Source: Amphiscolops sp. MND2022 | Taxonomy: Eukaryota | Direction: 5' to 3' | Assembly (NCBI GenBank): GCA_964187785.1 | Contig: OZ076409.1 | Location: 23,996,001 to 24,060,000, forward strand | Length of the DNA: 64,000 bases | Shown: piece by piece, positions 10,001 through 21,200 of the stretch | Layout: each line of letters begins with the position of its first letter | Numbering within the stretch: position 1 is the first letter of the stretch | Notes under the pieces: generated by a model | What the model was told of the DNA's origin: nothing | The model's database searches: none | The model's input: only the letters and a program-made list of their open reading frames with translations | Position numbers and translations under genes: made by a program

Positions 10001-11168
10001 TGTCTTGATGAAGGTCAGGATATGGAGGTTCAAAATTCCTGTACTTGTGCAGAACGGTCGAGCTAACGCCACTGATGCGTCCACTATCCACTCGACACAT
10101 AGTGAAAGTAGCACTTTTAACTCCTATTTTTAGAGGTCTTACTGTTCTTACGCTCGAAACCATCAACGCTAATCTGTCGACATTTTTTGGACTGATATTG
10201 CCTGAGACTGGATTTGTCGGAACGTGCACATAATTTAGCAAAACACCGTTTTTATGGTCAGAGCATGTTACTAACTGGAGCCCTTTTTCATTAGTTATTA
10301 CACAAGGTGATACGTTGAATTTTTCCAAAAGAGTTTTAGGTTTCAAGAAATCTTCTCTTGCTCCCTTCAAAAATTTCCTACTGTTTGCATTAAAACTTGT
10401 AAAAGAAGGATAGAGCCAGTTGAGGAAATGGGCAAAAGAAATTCCACTACTTTTTTCAACGAACTCGAAACACCCTGCAGGACACCTGATGTTGGGGAAG
10501 CAATGAACAGTTAGAGCTTTTACTAAAGTTTTAGCAGTTTTAGTATTAATTAGAGTCCAAAAGTCTTCCTTTTCGTAGGTTATATCCCTAAATACAGATT
10601 CAGTAATAGTAGTCGCTAACGAAGGATGAACAGTGTTCATGTTTTGTTTATAGGACTCTTTAAGTTCATTAGGTAGTAGTTTATAAAGTTTTTCAGCGTT
10701 AGAGTTAAACCTATGAGTGTCAAACAGTAAAGTATACATAACGCTTGGCCAAGCATTAGGCCAGTCCAAGTGTCGTTTGTCGTTGAAGTTGTACGCAGAG
10801 CACTGCTGACAAAGTTTCACAGTCCCGTCTTGTATCTCAGTAGTCGATTTTCCGAACATTGTTCTATGTAGTGAGTCGGTTTGAATGGGTTGGAAATTCA
10901 GTCTGTAATTGTTTGTACTAGTTCGGCAACATTTGCCACACATCTCCTCTTCTGCTGTCGTCTCCACAACGTTGGGGGCATCTGGGGGAATTGGGGGATT
11001 GTTATCTGTAACGGCTTCTCCTCGCATCTGTTGCTGCTCTTCAAACTGCTGTATCTCCTGACATCTTCTGCAAACTTCACCAGATAGAAAGATATTGTGA
11101 ATTGAACATCGCTGCTGATTGGCACGCCTGCCTCTACCTTTGCTTCCACTTGGTCGACCACGCGACAT
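4047..11168 (-). CDS. Rep-helicase transposase: Cys/His Zn-finger N-terminus, HUH Y2 Rep domain, Pif1-family SF1B helicase, C-terminal GIY-YIG endonuclease
   Basis: Uninterrupted ORF; first ATG is at 11168 (the track start at 11174 is TTG). Rep motif I PDLFVTFTCN (~8030-8060), motif II RAEFQ..LQHYHILFW (HUH at 7782-7790), motif III RYLTSY (~7263-7280). Walker A GPPGTGKT (~5805-5828), Walker B LFVEE, PFGG..GDQMQLP, TTHKLMG, FVIVSRV. GIY-YIG: GFVYLL..FYVGQT..RLSEHN..PW..E (~4170-4400). Confidence 0.93.
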   Translation of the reverse strand: MSRGRPSGSKGRGRRANQQRCSIHNIFLSGEVCRRCQEIQQFEEQQQMRGEAVTDNNPPIPPDAPNVVETTAEEEMCGKCCRTSTNNYRLNFQPIQTDSLHRTMFGKSTTEIQDGTVKLCQQCSAYNFNDKRHLDWPNAWPSVMYTLLFDTHRFNSNAEKLYKLLPNELKESYKQNMNTVHPSLATTITESVFRDITYEKEDFWTLINTKTAKTLVKALTVHCFPNIRCPAGCFEFVEKSSGISFAHFLNWLYPSFTSFNANSRKFLKGAREDFLKPKTLLEKFNVSPCVITNEKGLQLVTCSDHKNGVLLNYVHVPTNPVSGNISPKNVDRLALMVSSVRTVRPLKIGVKSATFTMCRVDSGRISGVSSTVLHKYRNFEPPYPDLHQDIERLMINCRSDVKEVIRTCCQNQEISARLAEEFLSFESPLSFSLIEEHCKNAVVFNMRSLMGMKDYVETCPEDVTLRDDFKKPLVYAHKLDDYGFEPSAFPKLFSQDWSLFTFSYSLLYNDSLWSKLCSCSGETDLLAELCKLLNCLRGNRSLKYHNTINSVVTNLHRIFNELFPSQVEPLNSLCEMLEGCQVVHCQRGSVENIIIDCSRNDVVVVVATEAPARDRQIPFNLTSPSGKDFQLNLIAADGKVSLRHGDSFLSFWTLINDGSRAKKDPTLEFQYNRTWKFLIYVSKTDLNEETKLRYLKYMGGQGIFFCREHNLPLSTDYFKSNRKCSVPKNNSENEICTRKSAWRCPEKECFASVCKTHFREYSDTVDKVLVDNTPSNEAIQDSSDDEPTLNEEAEQQPDDNLPGPSFVLDQPQRTDDTEANMDEFDCPQLIVDAGFQETDAFATDSGCEPVYLSNDSKFVPMHVLLNGECQLLKRLRYPKHVGKKFQRFFQNFISTLPGRSIPLLQPEACLFPSIFFKQLEDGSFPGALPFFLYDDRNANSKFDFDGLHEHMRLRLKDSTLLTSSNLAYIMYAFDSVLNLSLTKCHTNQLFKRGLQTISIGKYRPHQLTSTESVLKMDSVDSDVHVNRLGTACASETPDLFVTFTCNQKEHPGVAEVVQAIYEVYGNATTAELKEVLQAYMVIIVRCWTRTIELLIDYLRYSEEHILGEILKVWGRAEFQSAAANLQHYHILFWLKNVDEDVIDKIACAQKHVLAEFKKLFHANFGTVDSAEQAGKLFDDCVRVQTHDCEKGHCMKKVRFNGERKCRFPPYPQSHVPWYKEFHQPHSEEALEALQEIQLAEPRPGVYDCLQVTSTLKAGKYMYAATSGEHMSPLNVALWSICKSSLNVLKVCKSVASRYLTSYAAGKEEHVEVAINPDNAHNVLDVKVLKTENKKLAGVRKILARQKLEEKNQGLIDSTTIASTECVSWMLQLPTVITTLDFVSVPTVALENRGGVILKRKNNTQSRSNVPGVANEGPAEIRQHHLNFPSHRLFTRGQKIVLESVNKTPFSTDKVTVFSLRPPELLFVNTLKLYYRWFKREKLAGKRETVNVRFLKSDVRESTWVDGESYAIRLRPCAVTEFSCFVQDCLSRRPSDNSLLDASLVVSEVLNVAAHPNRSNFVSADPNLSNTPAEVVFSKVYPRNPANFLIHFLLSNAQFETELELFDVPTLKDAYVKGGIVPDKQTYDENDVNEILKKYVLEQLRYLPGGTRSFDSNLLAAKSAFKGMLIDNDIYNEGLPITTMDTLTEALEEKAKKMLRQSQVNIIKSLTQKNLPNFPSSNDFETVTKETPSNWSADLIANVFQSAESLQEQSQILETLKNLIIESLFSGHRFNRHQLILGPPGTGKTYVLTMALGYALSKGLFCLVTSLASRRSMHFGGEHIHKLFCLPPSSSGSPIKMAEQALNKLDHRNEKKMLLLALEVLFVEEVSLISAEQWSAMDIVLQELKQTTLPFGGVLVIASGDQMQLPSIEGNDIFLSPVLLTNFALFFLGHFVRMTDEAGQTVLRHMWRRPIDAPAVAEILAILEAKCTFKESWADLDDPCVMRVFGKRKAEQKEFESHIQRVRESGTAFRIFEATDEICLSKSSVWNQTDSRQVGNHLSDKVNEPKHLIVYSKALVRVTVNMESEQLSQGQVGVVHEVPTGDSVTVFIPDTSGGDVDITQAMLDHEDYLNWRSVTLSKQTGFVQSFKKNSVRRIQIPLMNNVAMTTHKLMGDTFDKLATSISATDSSYALWMTSQVFVIVSRVKQLKNLTFVGDKPATLGAIKSIFENRDLREERLFSLLDKIRTNSRLGGIVQSINISEMAFVPFNKNIPRTPGGFVYLLVSLNPASPECFYVGQTERALLTRLSEHNSGNGSNFTKPSHRLPWAVAGFVCNFASMFSRRDFESAIHNEMFERRDRLKTLKDMFALIQELVNDKNCGLHFCVCGEFRST

Positions 11169-11419
11169 TATCAATGCAAATCAAATCTTAAAAAACGCTG
11201 TTGTGTTAGACATCACCAGAGAGAAGAACCAGTTCATGACTAAAATTAAGTTTAACTGGAAATGCAATTAAACACCACTCGATGATTACCAAATTACCAT
11301 TAACTTACCAGACGTAACCTGTTACCAAATACTACCTGTATGCAGAAATAGTAAACTCCGGCACCTGGAAAAAGGAAAAAAATAGTTTAACTACCATGAA
11401 TTCAAAACTACCTATATTC

Positions 11420-11563
11420 AAATTGTCATAAGTCAACGTCAGGTTGAGCTACAGAGGTTTATAATAGCTCATTTTTCTCGTCTATTCGAGCACTTTCCAC
11501 ATGCATTCACTTGCAATACTAGTTGTGTGGACGTTTCTTGACTTTGGGAGGCCTGAAGTTGAA
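11420..11563. repeat. ~140-bp block present three times in the element 5' region (also ~21619-21760 and ~22906-23050); 11420-12300 resembles 21619-22495
   Basis: GTCATAAGTCAACGTCA...TTTGGGAGGCCTGAAGTTGA is seen at all three positions. Confidence 0.88.
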
Positions 11564-12225
11564 AAAAAAATTTTGAAAATTTTTCGAAAAAATTCTAAGT
11601 CATTTTACTTTTACCCGGGGATTGCTGGAACGCTGAAACTCCGTATTTAGGGCCAAATGGTTCTTCTGGGAGGTAAACCGGCCAGGGGAGGCCTTTAGGA
11701 GAGTGTCTGGAAAAAAATCTGGGCAAAAAACGGCAGAGATAGACTGGGATTTCAAAAAATTTCGAAAAATGCAAATCAAAGTTTTTTATTACTAAGTCAA
11801 TTTTCATCCGATTTGGACGAAATTTTGTCTACGGACAGTTCATGAAGTGCCTAACAAACGAACAATTGTACACTTTCTGATCCGGGGCCTGTGGGACGAG
11901 ATATTGGCTCTTAAAAAAAAATTTTCCAAAAAAACGCCATTTTTTGACCAAAAAACTAAGATTTTGACCCACAAAAAAATTTTTTTGGGCAAAATGCCAG
12001 TAGGAAATAGTTCTTAGGATTGTTATAGGAAGCCGTATGCAAAATTTGAGCAAAATCTGACGGGCCGTTTTCGAAATCGATATTACACTGTAGCATCCGC
12101 CTTACGTTGAAAGTCTAAAGCCTTATGTTCGGGCTGGGGGCCCTACCCCGCCCTCAAAGAGTTGGGTTGCTGGTCAAAGCTTGGCACCTAGCTGAGGACT
12201 GCGGGCGTCGTTGGAGTGGATTCGT

Positions 12226-15200
12226 CATACGTCGTCGAAGGGCATGCCTCGGCATGCCCACAGACGGTGGGCGTTGGTATGAATGTGTGGCGTTGACTAA
12301 GACGGTCTTTTGTTAATTTAAATAATGTAATTTCAAAACTACACTAGCCTGTGTAACGCTTCGCTGCTCCAGCTATAACATGGGCTAAATATTGATTTCA
12401 ACTAACGGCCATGTATATGTCTCAAGAATGTTTGAGGAAAAACAACAGAAAAAAAACCGAGAGCAACAATGTACTTTGTTGTTCATTTTCAGAATCGATA
12501 GCCTCCAAAGTTGACGCAAGGTCAACTTCGAAGGCTATCGGGGGTGATAGATTTGACCAATTTCCATAACTTCAGCAAAACCAGCCATTACGCTAGTTTT
12601 GGGATTGAAAATGTTCAACGAAGTGGTCTTGAACTGTGAAAGAATTAACTTTATAATGATCTTTGGACCATTTCCGGTCACATTGGGTAACTTCCGGTCG
12701 TGGGGGGTAACTTCCGATACATGCTAAGATCTTCCGCGACTTCAGTTGTCTAACATTCTATCTTTGTACAGATTTGAATGCGTCATTAGGCCTAAAGTTG
12801 TTGGCATTTTGTTGCACAAGGTCAAAAAGCGGTCACAAAAGCGGTTTGACCCCACTTCCGGTCATTATTGTACCTCCAAGTGGCCAACATGTTGTCACTG
12901 GGTTGTGATCAGGTTGTATTTCAATTTCGATATCCTGCTAGGAGTCCCTAAAACGACTGCCTAATAATGAAAAAGGCTAAATTCTGCCAAAAAAACACAA
13001 AAAAGTGTCATTTCCGGTCCAAGGGGGGGTTGGGGGTGAAAACCACACATGTCGTCAGATTGACCCCAATACGTACAACAAAACATCAGGAGGGTGCGGG
13101 TACGCTAAATCCTCTGCTTCATGCTCAAAATTGGCTATTTTGCAAATTTGGGGGGTAAAACTGGAGGGGGGAACCCTTCTATCTCGGTGGGGGGTGATCC
13201 GAATGCAACCAAAATTTTCCACCAGTTGTATTTTGAGATGCTGCAACTAAGTGTAGGAGTGAACGAGAACGCTAGCATGCCCTGGAAAAAAGTTATGACG
13301 ACACTTCGGATATAACGTCTAAAAAGGACGTTATTTCCGGTTTTTCGGCCATAAGTCAACAAAAAACAATTTGCGGGGAAAATGACAGTAGGAAAAAGTT
13401 CTTAGAATTTTGAGTTATGGCCGCATGCAAAAAATTATCCAAATCCTACGGTTAGATTCCAAAATCGCTTCTAAAACACCCATGTAGGATACTAGTATTA
13501 TATGAAATTATTCTACGTCGGCGCAGGACCCTCCCCGCGCCTCCTTGTGCGTTCTGGGGACCGCCCCAACCACCTAGCAAATAGGGGCGCCCTGTGGCGC
13601 TATTTGGCATACGTCGTCGAAGGGCATGCCTCGGCATGCCCACGGACGGTGGGCGTTGGTAATTGTGTGTGATGTTGTCTAATACTACCCTCATATGTTT
13701 ACTTCAACTTGAAATGGTATTCGTGTGTGTGACACCTCTGGACAAGTTTCAGATCACTCAGGTGAACAAAAGCCTTATTTAACATATTGACTTTATGGAA
13801 AAAATTACAACAAAAAGGAGAAACCCAATTTCCACAATTTTTCGTTTTCTGAACTGATAGCCTTCAAGATTGACCCAAGGTCAACTTGGAAGGCTATCGG
13901 GGGTGATAAAGGTAATCCCTTTCCAGAACTTTAGCCAAACAAGCTACAAAGTATGTTTTTCAGTAGGAAAAAAACAATAAGAAAGAAAAAAAGTAATAAC
14001 TTGACCTTAAAAACCAGTGAGAAATTGATTTATCGCTACTTTTTGGACCATTTCTGGTCAAAATTGACAACTTCCGGTCAGGGGGGTTACTTCCGGTATA
14101 TGGCAGTGTCAGGTACGTCTACTCAATAAATATGTAGTTTATGTTCACACTGGTTTGATGTGCATTGCGACTTGAACGTGGAAAAAACTCTGGTCAAACT
14201 GATAAAAAAACGACCAAAAGGGGGGTTTTGACCCCATTTCCGGTCTTAGCGGAACCCATGACTGGACAACACGTGGTCATTAAGTTGACCCTGGGTTATA
14301 CTTCAATTTTGATATCCTGCTAGTTGGTCGTACAAGGCCTCCTTACCGGTGAAAATGGAGACATCCGGTCTGAAAGTGCACAAAAACGTTCATTTCCGGT
14401 CAAGGGGGTGATGGGGGGTGAACTGAACACATGTCATTGGGTCTCTCTCAAAATGTTTAACAAAACTTCAGCAGGGGGCGGACACGCTAAATCTACGGCT
14501 TCATTACAAAAATTAGCAGTTTACCTAATTTAGGGGGTCAAAAATAACCGGAAGTACCCCTCTAGCTCTGTGGGGGGTAACCCGACGGCAACCAAATTTT
14601 CTCAGCATACGCACTTGGAGATGCTGCAACTTTTCGTGCTCCACACTTGATGCGCTAGGAACAAAGCATCCATGAGTTTTTTGCTTGAAAAGTCGAAAAT
14701 GACATAAAAAACGCAACAATCAGACAAAAATTGCGCAAAAAGTGCAACAAGGACCATTTTTTCAGCGACCTTCACTCCTACACTTTTTCATTACTCATTA
14801 ATTCTGAGCCACATGCAAAATTTCAGAGAATTCTAACGGCTACTTTTTGAGATCTCGCATTTTAGTGCCAGATTTCTACATGTGGCGATTTTCGGAACAG
14901 GCTCGGCACGGGGCCCTCCCCAAAGCCTCGCAAACGCCATCTACGAGTAAAAAAAATACCCAACCACCCAGAAGCGAGTGGCGCCGTTGTATTGTTTTTG
15001 GCGCGCGTCGTCGAAAGGCATGCCTCGGCATGCCTACGGACGGTGGGCGTTGATTAACAGTTGAAGGTGTTATTGGTTTCATTACGTACATGCTATAGTT
15101 GAGTCAGAGGGGGTAAAAAATAACTTTGCACGAGAGAAAAGTTACATACAGATTGTTTTTGACCCGGCAGTTGACTTTTTTCCACGAGTACAGATTAGTA

Positions 15201-18200
15201 AACTATTGTTGCCTTATCCAAGAGAGTCGAGCAAAGTTAGATTAGTTGTTCTTAAAAATTTGAAAGATGTAACTGATAACTGAGTGGCAGCTGATCTCAC
15301 AAATACGGAAACCTGATTAAATTTATTCCGGAAGTTTTCAATGTTACTACTTTTGCTTTTCGTTCAGTGGAAATGCAAGTTAGTTTCCCAAACTGCTTTG
15401 TACGCTCGACACACTAAATCAAAGGAAAAAACAGAAACAATCATTTCTGCGATTTCTCTTTGCCAAATTTAGTATCAACACTGGTGTGTCAATCCCAAGC
15501 GACGCCAAAATCAAACGTTCCAATTTCTGTCAAGTTGAAACGCTATACGGGGTAGCGTGGCATGAAGGGAGGTGTGGGGTTTTTCTTTATTTGAAAGGTT
15601 GGTTCAGCTGGCACTTCGAGCCACCTGAAACCAACCTGATTCGAACGTTAGGACTCAAACATTTTCTGATCGAAAGTGTCTGAGAATAAATTTCGACTAC
15701 TTAAGTCCAATCGTTTAAAGAGCAACAGGTATTTTATTGAGACGACCTGCTTTCAGATTTCCGTTGTAACTTATCTCGCAAACCCAAGAAAACAGCACAT
15801 CAACTTTGGAACCCAACAGGGTTCTCACCATATATCTTGAGGAATCAAATAGGATTTTCAAAGAAATTGGTTGTTGTGCAAGAATTTTGAGAATGTGGTT
15901 GTGCCTGCGTTCGTTTTGCTGGTATGAAACCACATTGAAAGCACTGTTTTTTGAAAACGATGCTGCCCTGTGAGACATTTGAAACGCATGCTTGATTAGA
16001 AACTCTTGGATATTTAAAAACTTCATTCATGTTTTGGACTATTGAACAATACAAATACTTGATGTTTCGTACGTGGTTATCATTGTTTTGACAGGAAAAC
16101 TCATTTTTCTTCCCTTTCCGGAGGCATTATTTTTAAAATTGTTCGATGTTTTTAACCTTGCTAACACCCTTTATCACTTTTGCGACATAAAAAGAGTCCG
16201 GAGTGATAGAATTAAATTGAAACCCAGACTTGAAATGCTTAGTTGCATCTCCATAACTCAATAGATCGATTTGCGTTTTCAGGCTGCTTTCGAAGTAGCA
16301 ATTAAAACGAGAAATTCATTGTTTGTCACGACCGATTTGAAGCGATATGTTAAAAACTTCCAACAAATCATGCTTGTCTTTGTTCGCAAGAAAACGATGT
16401 CAAACGCTATGTATTAAACGATGTATCGCACTGGTTACTTATTCAACCAATTCAACCTGTTCTAATGGCCACAAAAGAGTATCTTTAACGAAAGAGAAAT
16501 TATTAAAACATTTATTGTTCAATTGAAAATTTTCAATTGTTCTAAATTGTATGATCAATTAGTTTTGAATTACCATGTGAAACAACCCAATAAATGTCAC
16601 ATACACAATGAAATGCCCGTTTTGCAGAGAACGTGAAAACTATCATCTCAACTCAATAGTCGCGGAAGCCTGAAAATTGAAACTAGAAACTTAAATTATT
16701 TCGGGTGTGCGGAACACCAGTAGGACTTCAAAATGGTTGATTTGAAAAATCTTTATTGCGGCGAATATCACGTATGTATTACTATTAAAAAGCAATATTT
16801 GTATCTCCCACAATACAGCACTTCAAAACAAGCAGATGTTATTGCTTAGATATAACCTGAGCAACAGTTGTGGAATAAAATAATTTGCGGATTTTAACAA
16901 TTTATCATTCAAAGGTCATAAAGGAGGCAATTACTCCCATTTCCGGTAATCTGGAATTGGTTGGGATTTCTGAAATACATTTCTAGGGAGCAGTCAGCTA
17001 GTTTTGAAATAGACCTAAAGCATCCGACGAGCAATTCCTACACTAATATTGTGGAAAAACTTGTTAAAAATCAAGCTGAAGAAATTTCCGATTCAAAAAT
17101 GGCCATTTCCGGTCCTATGGATATTATGGACGAAAAATTATCAACCACTTGATGTGCTACGTAATGCTGTATGCATTCTTGCTGAACAATGGCACTTTCA
17201 ACTGCAACAAGCGTACCACGAATTATGCTTTTTGCCTAAAAATTGCACCAAAAGTGTCTATTTTTTATTGAAAAAGTCCTTTTTTGACCATTTCCGGTCC
17301 AAGGATGTCATTTCCGGTGAAACTTCCGGTCACTTCCGGTAGCGTGTGGGATAGGTGCTTAGAAAGTATAAGGGTCCCACAGTGCTCCGGGGCTTCGGAG
17401 TTGGACAAATGTGCACATGTCACTTTTGCAACACAGAAAAAGGAGGCGTGACCCCTATTTCCGGTGAGGGGGTGATAGGTACGGGCTTACATTACTTTTT
17501 TCCTAATAGGACTTTGTCTAAACCTACTTTTAGTATATTGGGGTCGAAGCGCTCAACCCACTCCTTCACACCGGAAATGGGTTTTGACTCCATCCAAAAA
17601 AGTCAAAAATTGCGACCGGAAGTGACAAATTGGGCATTTCCGGCGTGGGGGGTGATGTGGGCGGAAATCAAATAACGTGATCAGCAAGGTACTTGGTATT
17701 CTTACAATTCCATACCCCACACCCGTATCGCTAGTACCAACCCAACGCGAGTTATTAGCTAGTCAAGCAAAAAATACGCAAAAAAGGCCATTTTTGGCCC
17801 TATATGACAAAAAAAATGCAACAAAATCAATTTTGCCAAACATAGCGTTATAACCCATCCTAATCATTTGCAATGCACTAGCTACATGCCAAATTTCAGC
17901 TCATTCTGACGGTAGGGATTTGAGCACTGAGGTTTTTTCCCGCTTTTTTGTATAAGAAAGCTGTTACCTGAAAAATGACCGGCCTCAGAGGGGCCCTCCC
18001 CCACGGCCGGAAAAAAATGAACGCAACAGCACTGACCACCCAGAAGCGGGTGGCGCCGTTAGATTGTTTCCGGCGCGCGTCGTCGAAAGGCATGCCTCGG
18101 CATGCCTACGGACGGTGGGCGTTGATAGTTGAAGGTGTTATTGGTTTCATTACATACATGTTATAGTTGAGTCACATGGTGTGAAAAAAAGCTTTGCACG

Positions 18201-21200
18201 GAATAAACCAAAGATATATAGATTGTTTTTGGACCTGCCGTTGATTTTTTTCTCACGAGTACAGATCAGTAAACGATTGTTGCATTATTCAAGAGAGTCG
18301 AGCAGAGTTAGGTTAGTTGTTCCTAAAATTTTTTAAAAAAGTAATTGATAATTAAGTGACAGCTGATCTCACAAATAGCAAAACCTGATTCAATTTCTTC
18401 CAGGAGTTTGCAAGGCTACTACTTTTTTTCGTTCAGTGGAAATGCAAGTTAGTTTCCCAAACTGCTTTGTACGCTCGACAGACTAAATCAAAGGGAAAAA
18501 AAGAAACAATCATTTCTGCGATTTCTCTTTGCCAAATTTAGTATCAACACTGGTGTGTCAATCCCAAGCGACGCCAAAATCAAACGTTCCAACTTCTGTC
18601 AAGTTGAAACGCTATACGGGGTAGCGTGGCATGAAGGGAGATGTGGGGTTTTTCTTTATTTGAAAGGTTGGTTCAGCTGGCACTTCGAGCCACCTGAAAC
18701 CAACCTGATTCGAACGTTAGGACTCAAACATTCTCTAATCGAAAGTGTCTGAGAAAAAATTTCGACTACTAAAGTCCATTTGTTTAAAGAGCAACAGGTA
18801 TTTTATTGAGATGACTTGCTTTCAGATTCCCGATGTCTTTTATCTCGCGAACCCAAGAAATCAGCTTTTCATTTTTGGAATCCAACAGGGTTTCACCATA
18901 TACCCTGTGAAATCAATTAGGATTTTCAAAGAAATCGGCTGTTTTGCAAAAAATTTGAGAATCTGGTTGTGCCTACGTTCGTTTTGCTGGTATCAAACCA
19001 CATTGAAAGCAATGTTTTTTGAGAACGATGCTGCCCTGTCAGACATTTGAAACGCATGCTTGATTAGAAACGCTTGGATATTTAAAAACTTCATTCACGT
19101 TTTGGACTATTGAACAATACAAAAACTTGATGTTTCGTGCGTGGTTATCATAGTTTTGACAGGAAAACTCATTTTTTCTCCCCTTTCCGGAGGCTTTATT
19201 ATTAAAATTGTTCGATGTGTTTAACCTTGCTAACACGCTTTATCACTCTTGCGACATAAAAATAGACCGGAGTGATAGAATTAAATTGAAATCCAGACTT
19301 GAAATGCTTAGTTTCATCTCGATAATTCAATAGATCGATTTGCGTTTTCAGGTTGCTTTCGGAGTAGCACATAAAACGAGAAATTCCTTGTTTGTCACAC
19401 CCGATTTGAAGCGATATGGTAAAAACTTTCAACAAATCATGCTTGTCTTTGTTCGCAAAAAAACCGATGTCAAACGCTATGTATTAAACGATGTATCGCA
19501 CTGGCTACTTATTCAACTAATTCAACCTGTTCTAATGGCCACAAAATAGTATCTTCAACGAAAGAGAAACTATTAAAACATTTAATGTTCAATTGAAAAT
19601 TTTCAATTGTTCCAAATTGTATGATCAATTAGTTTTGAATTACAATGTGAAACAGCCCAATAAATGTCAAAAACACAATGAAATGCACGTTTTGCAGAGA
19701 ACGTGAAAACTATCATCTCAACTAAATAGTCGCGGAAGCCTTAAAATCGAAACTAGAAACTTGAATTGTTTCGGGTGTGCGGACAATCTATAGGACTTCA
19801 AAAGTGGTTGTTTTAAAAAATCTTTATTACGGCGGATATTCACGTATGTAATACTCTTAAATAGCAATATTCGTAACTCCCACATTACAGCACTTCATGA
19901 CAAGCACATGTTATTGCTTAGATATAATCTCAGCAACAAGTGTGGAAAAAAATAATATGCGGATTTTAACAATTTATTATTCAAAGGTCATAAAGGAGGC
20001 AATTACTCTTATTTCCGGTATTCTGGAATTGGTTGGGACTTCTGAAATACATTTCTAAGAAGCAGTTAGCTAGTTTTAAAATAGACCTACAGCATCCGAC
20101 GAGCAATTCCTACGCTAATATTGCGGAAAAACCTGTTAAAAATCAAGCTGAAGAAGTTTCCGATTCAAAAATGGCCATTTCCGGTCCTAAGGATATTATG
20201 GACGAAAAAGTATCAACTACTTGATGTGCTACGTAATGCTGTACGCATCCTTGCTGAACAATGGCCCTTCCAACTGCAACAAGCGTTTCACGAACTATGC
20301 TTTTTGCCTAAAAATCGCACCAAATGTGTCTATTTTGCATTGAAAAGTCATTTTTTGACCATTTCCGGTCCAAGGATGTCATTTCCGGTGAAACTTCCGG
20401 TCACTTCCGGTAGCGTGTGGGATAGGTGTTTAGAAAGTATAAGGGTCCCACGGTGCTCCGGGGCTTCGGAGTTGGACAAATGTGCACATGTCACTTTTGC
20501 AACACAGAAAAAGGAGGCGTGACCCCTATTTCCGGTGAGCGGGTGATAGGTACGGGCTCATATTACTTTTTTCTTGATAGGACTTTGTCTAAACCTACTT
20601 TTAGTAAATCGTGGTTGGAGCGCTCAACCTACTCCTTCACACCGGAAATGGGTTTTAACTCCATCCAAAAAAGTCAAAAATAGCGACCGGAAGTGACAAA
20701 TTGGGCATTTTCGGCGTGGGGGGTGATGTGAGCGGAAATCAAATAACGTCATCAGCAAGGTACTTGGTAATCTTTCAATTCCATACCCCACACCCGTATC
20801 GCTAGTACCAACCCAACGCGAGTTATTAGCTAGTCAAGCAAAAAATACGCAAAAAAGGCCATTTTTGGCCCTATATGACAAAAAAAATGCAACAAAACCA
20901 ATTTTGCCAAACATAGCGTTATAACCCATCCTAATCATTTGCAATGCACTAGCTACATGCCAAATTTCAGCTCATTCTGACGGTTGGGATTTGAGCACTG
21001 AGGTTTTTTCCCGCTTTTTTGTATAAGAAAGCTGTTACCTGAAAAATGACCGGCCTCAGAGGGGCCCTCCCCCACGGCCGGAAAAAAATGAACGCAACAG
21101 CACTGACCACCTAGGGGAGCGCGGGCGTCGCTGGAAGGTATTTGGCATACGTCGTCGAAGGGCATGCCTCGGCATGCCCACGGACGGTGGGCGTTGGTAA

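Noticed and set aside
5057..11161. Short ORFs overlapping or antisense to Rep-Hel, and likewise those overlapping AKAP10 and CCDC39
   Set aside because: Shadow frames of long coding regions with no recognisable motifs.
13565..13660. HDV-like ribozyme (GCATGCCTCGGCATG resembles a P4 stem) or CTCF site (CCACCTAG..GGCG)
   Set aside because: I could not build P1/P3/L3 or the J4/2 strand by eye, and the CTCF half-sites are separated by extra variable bases. A formal covariance-model search was not possible.
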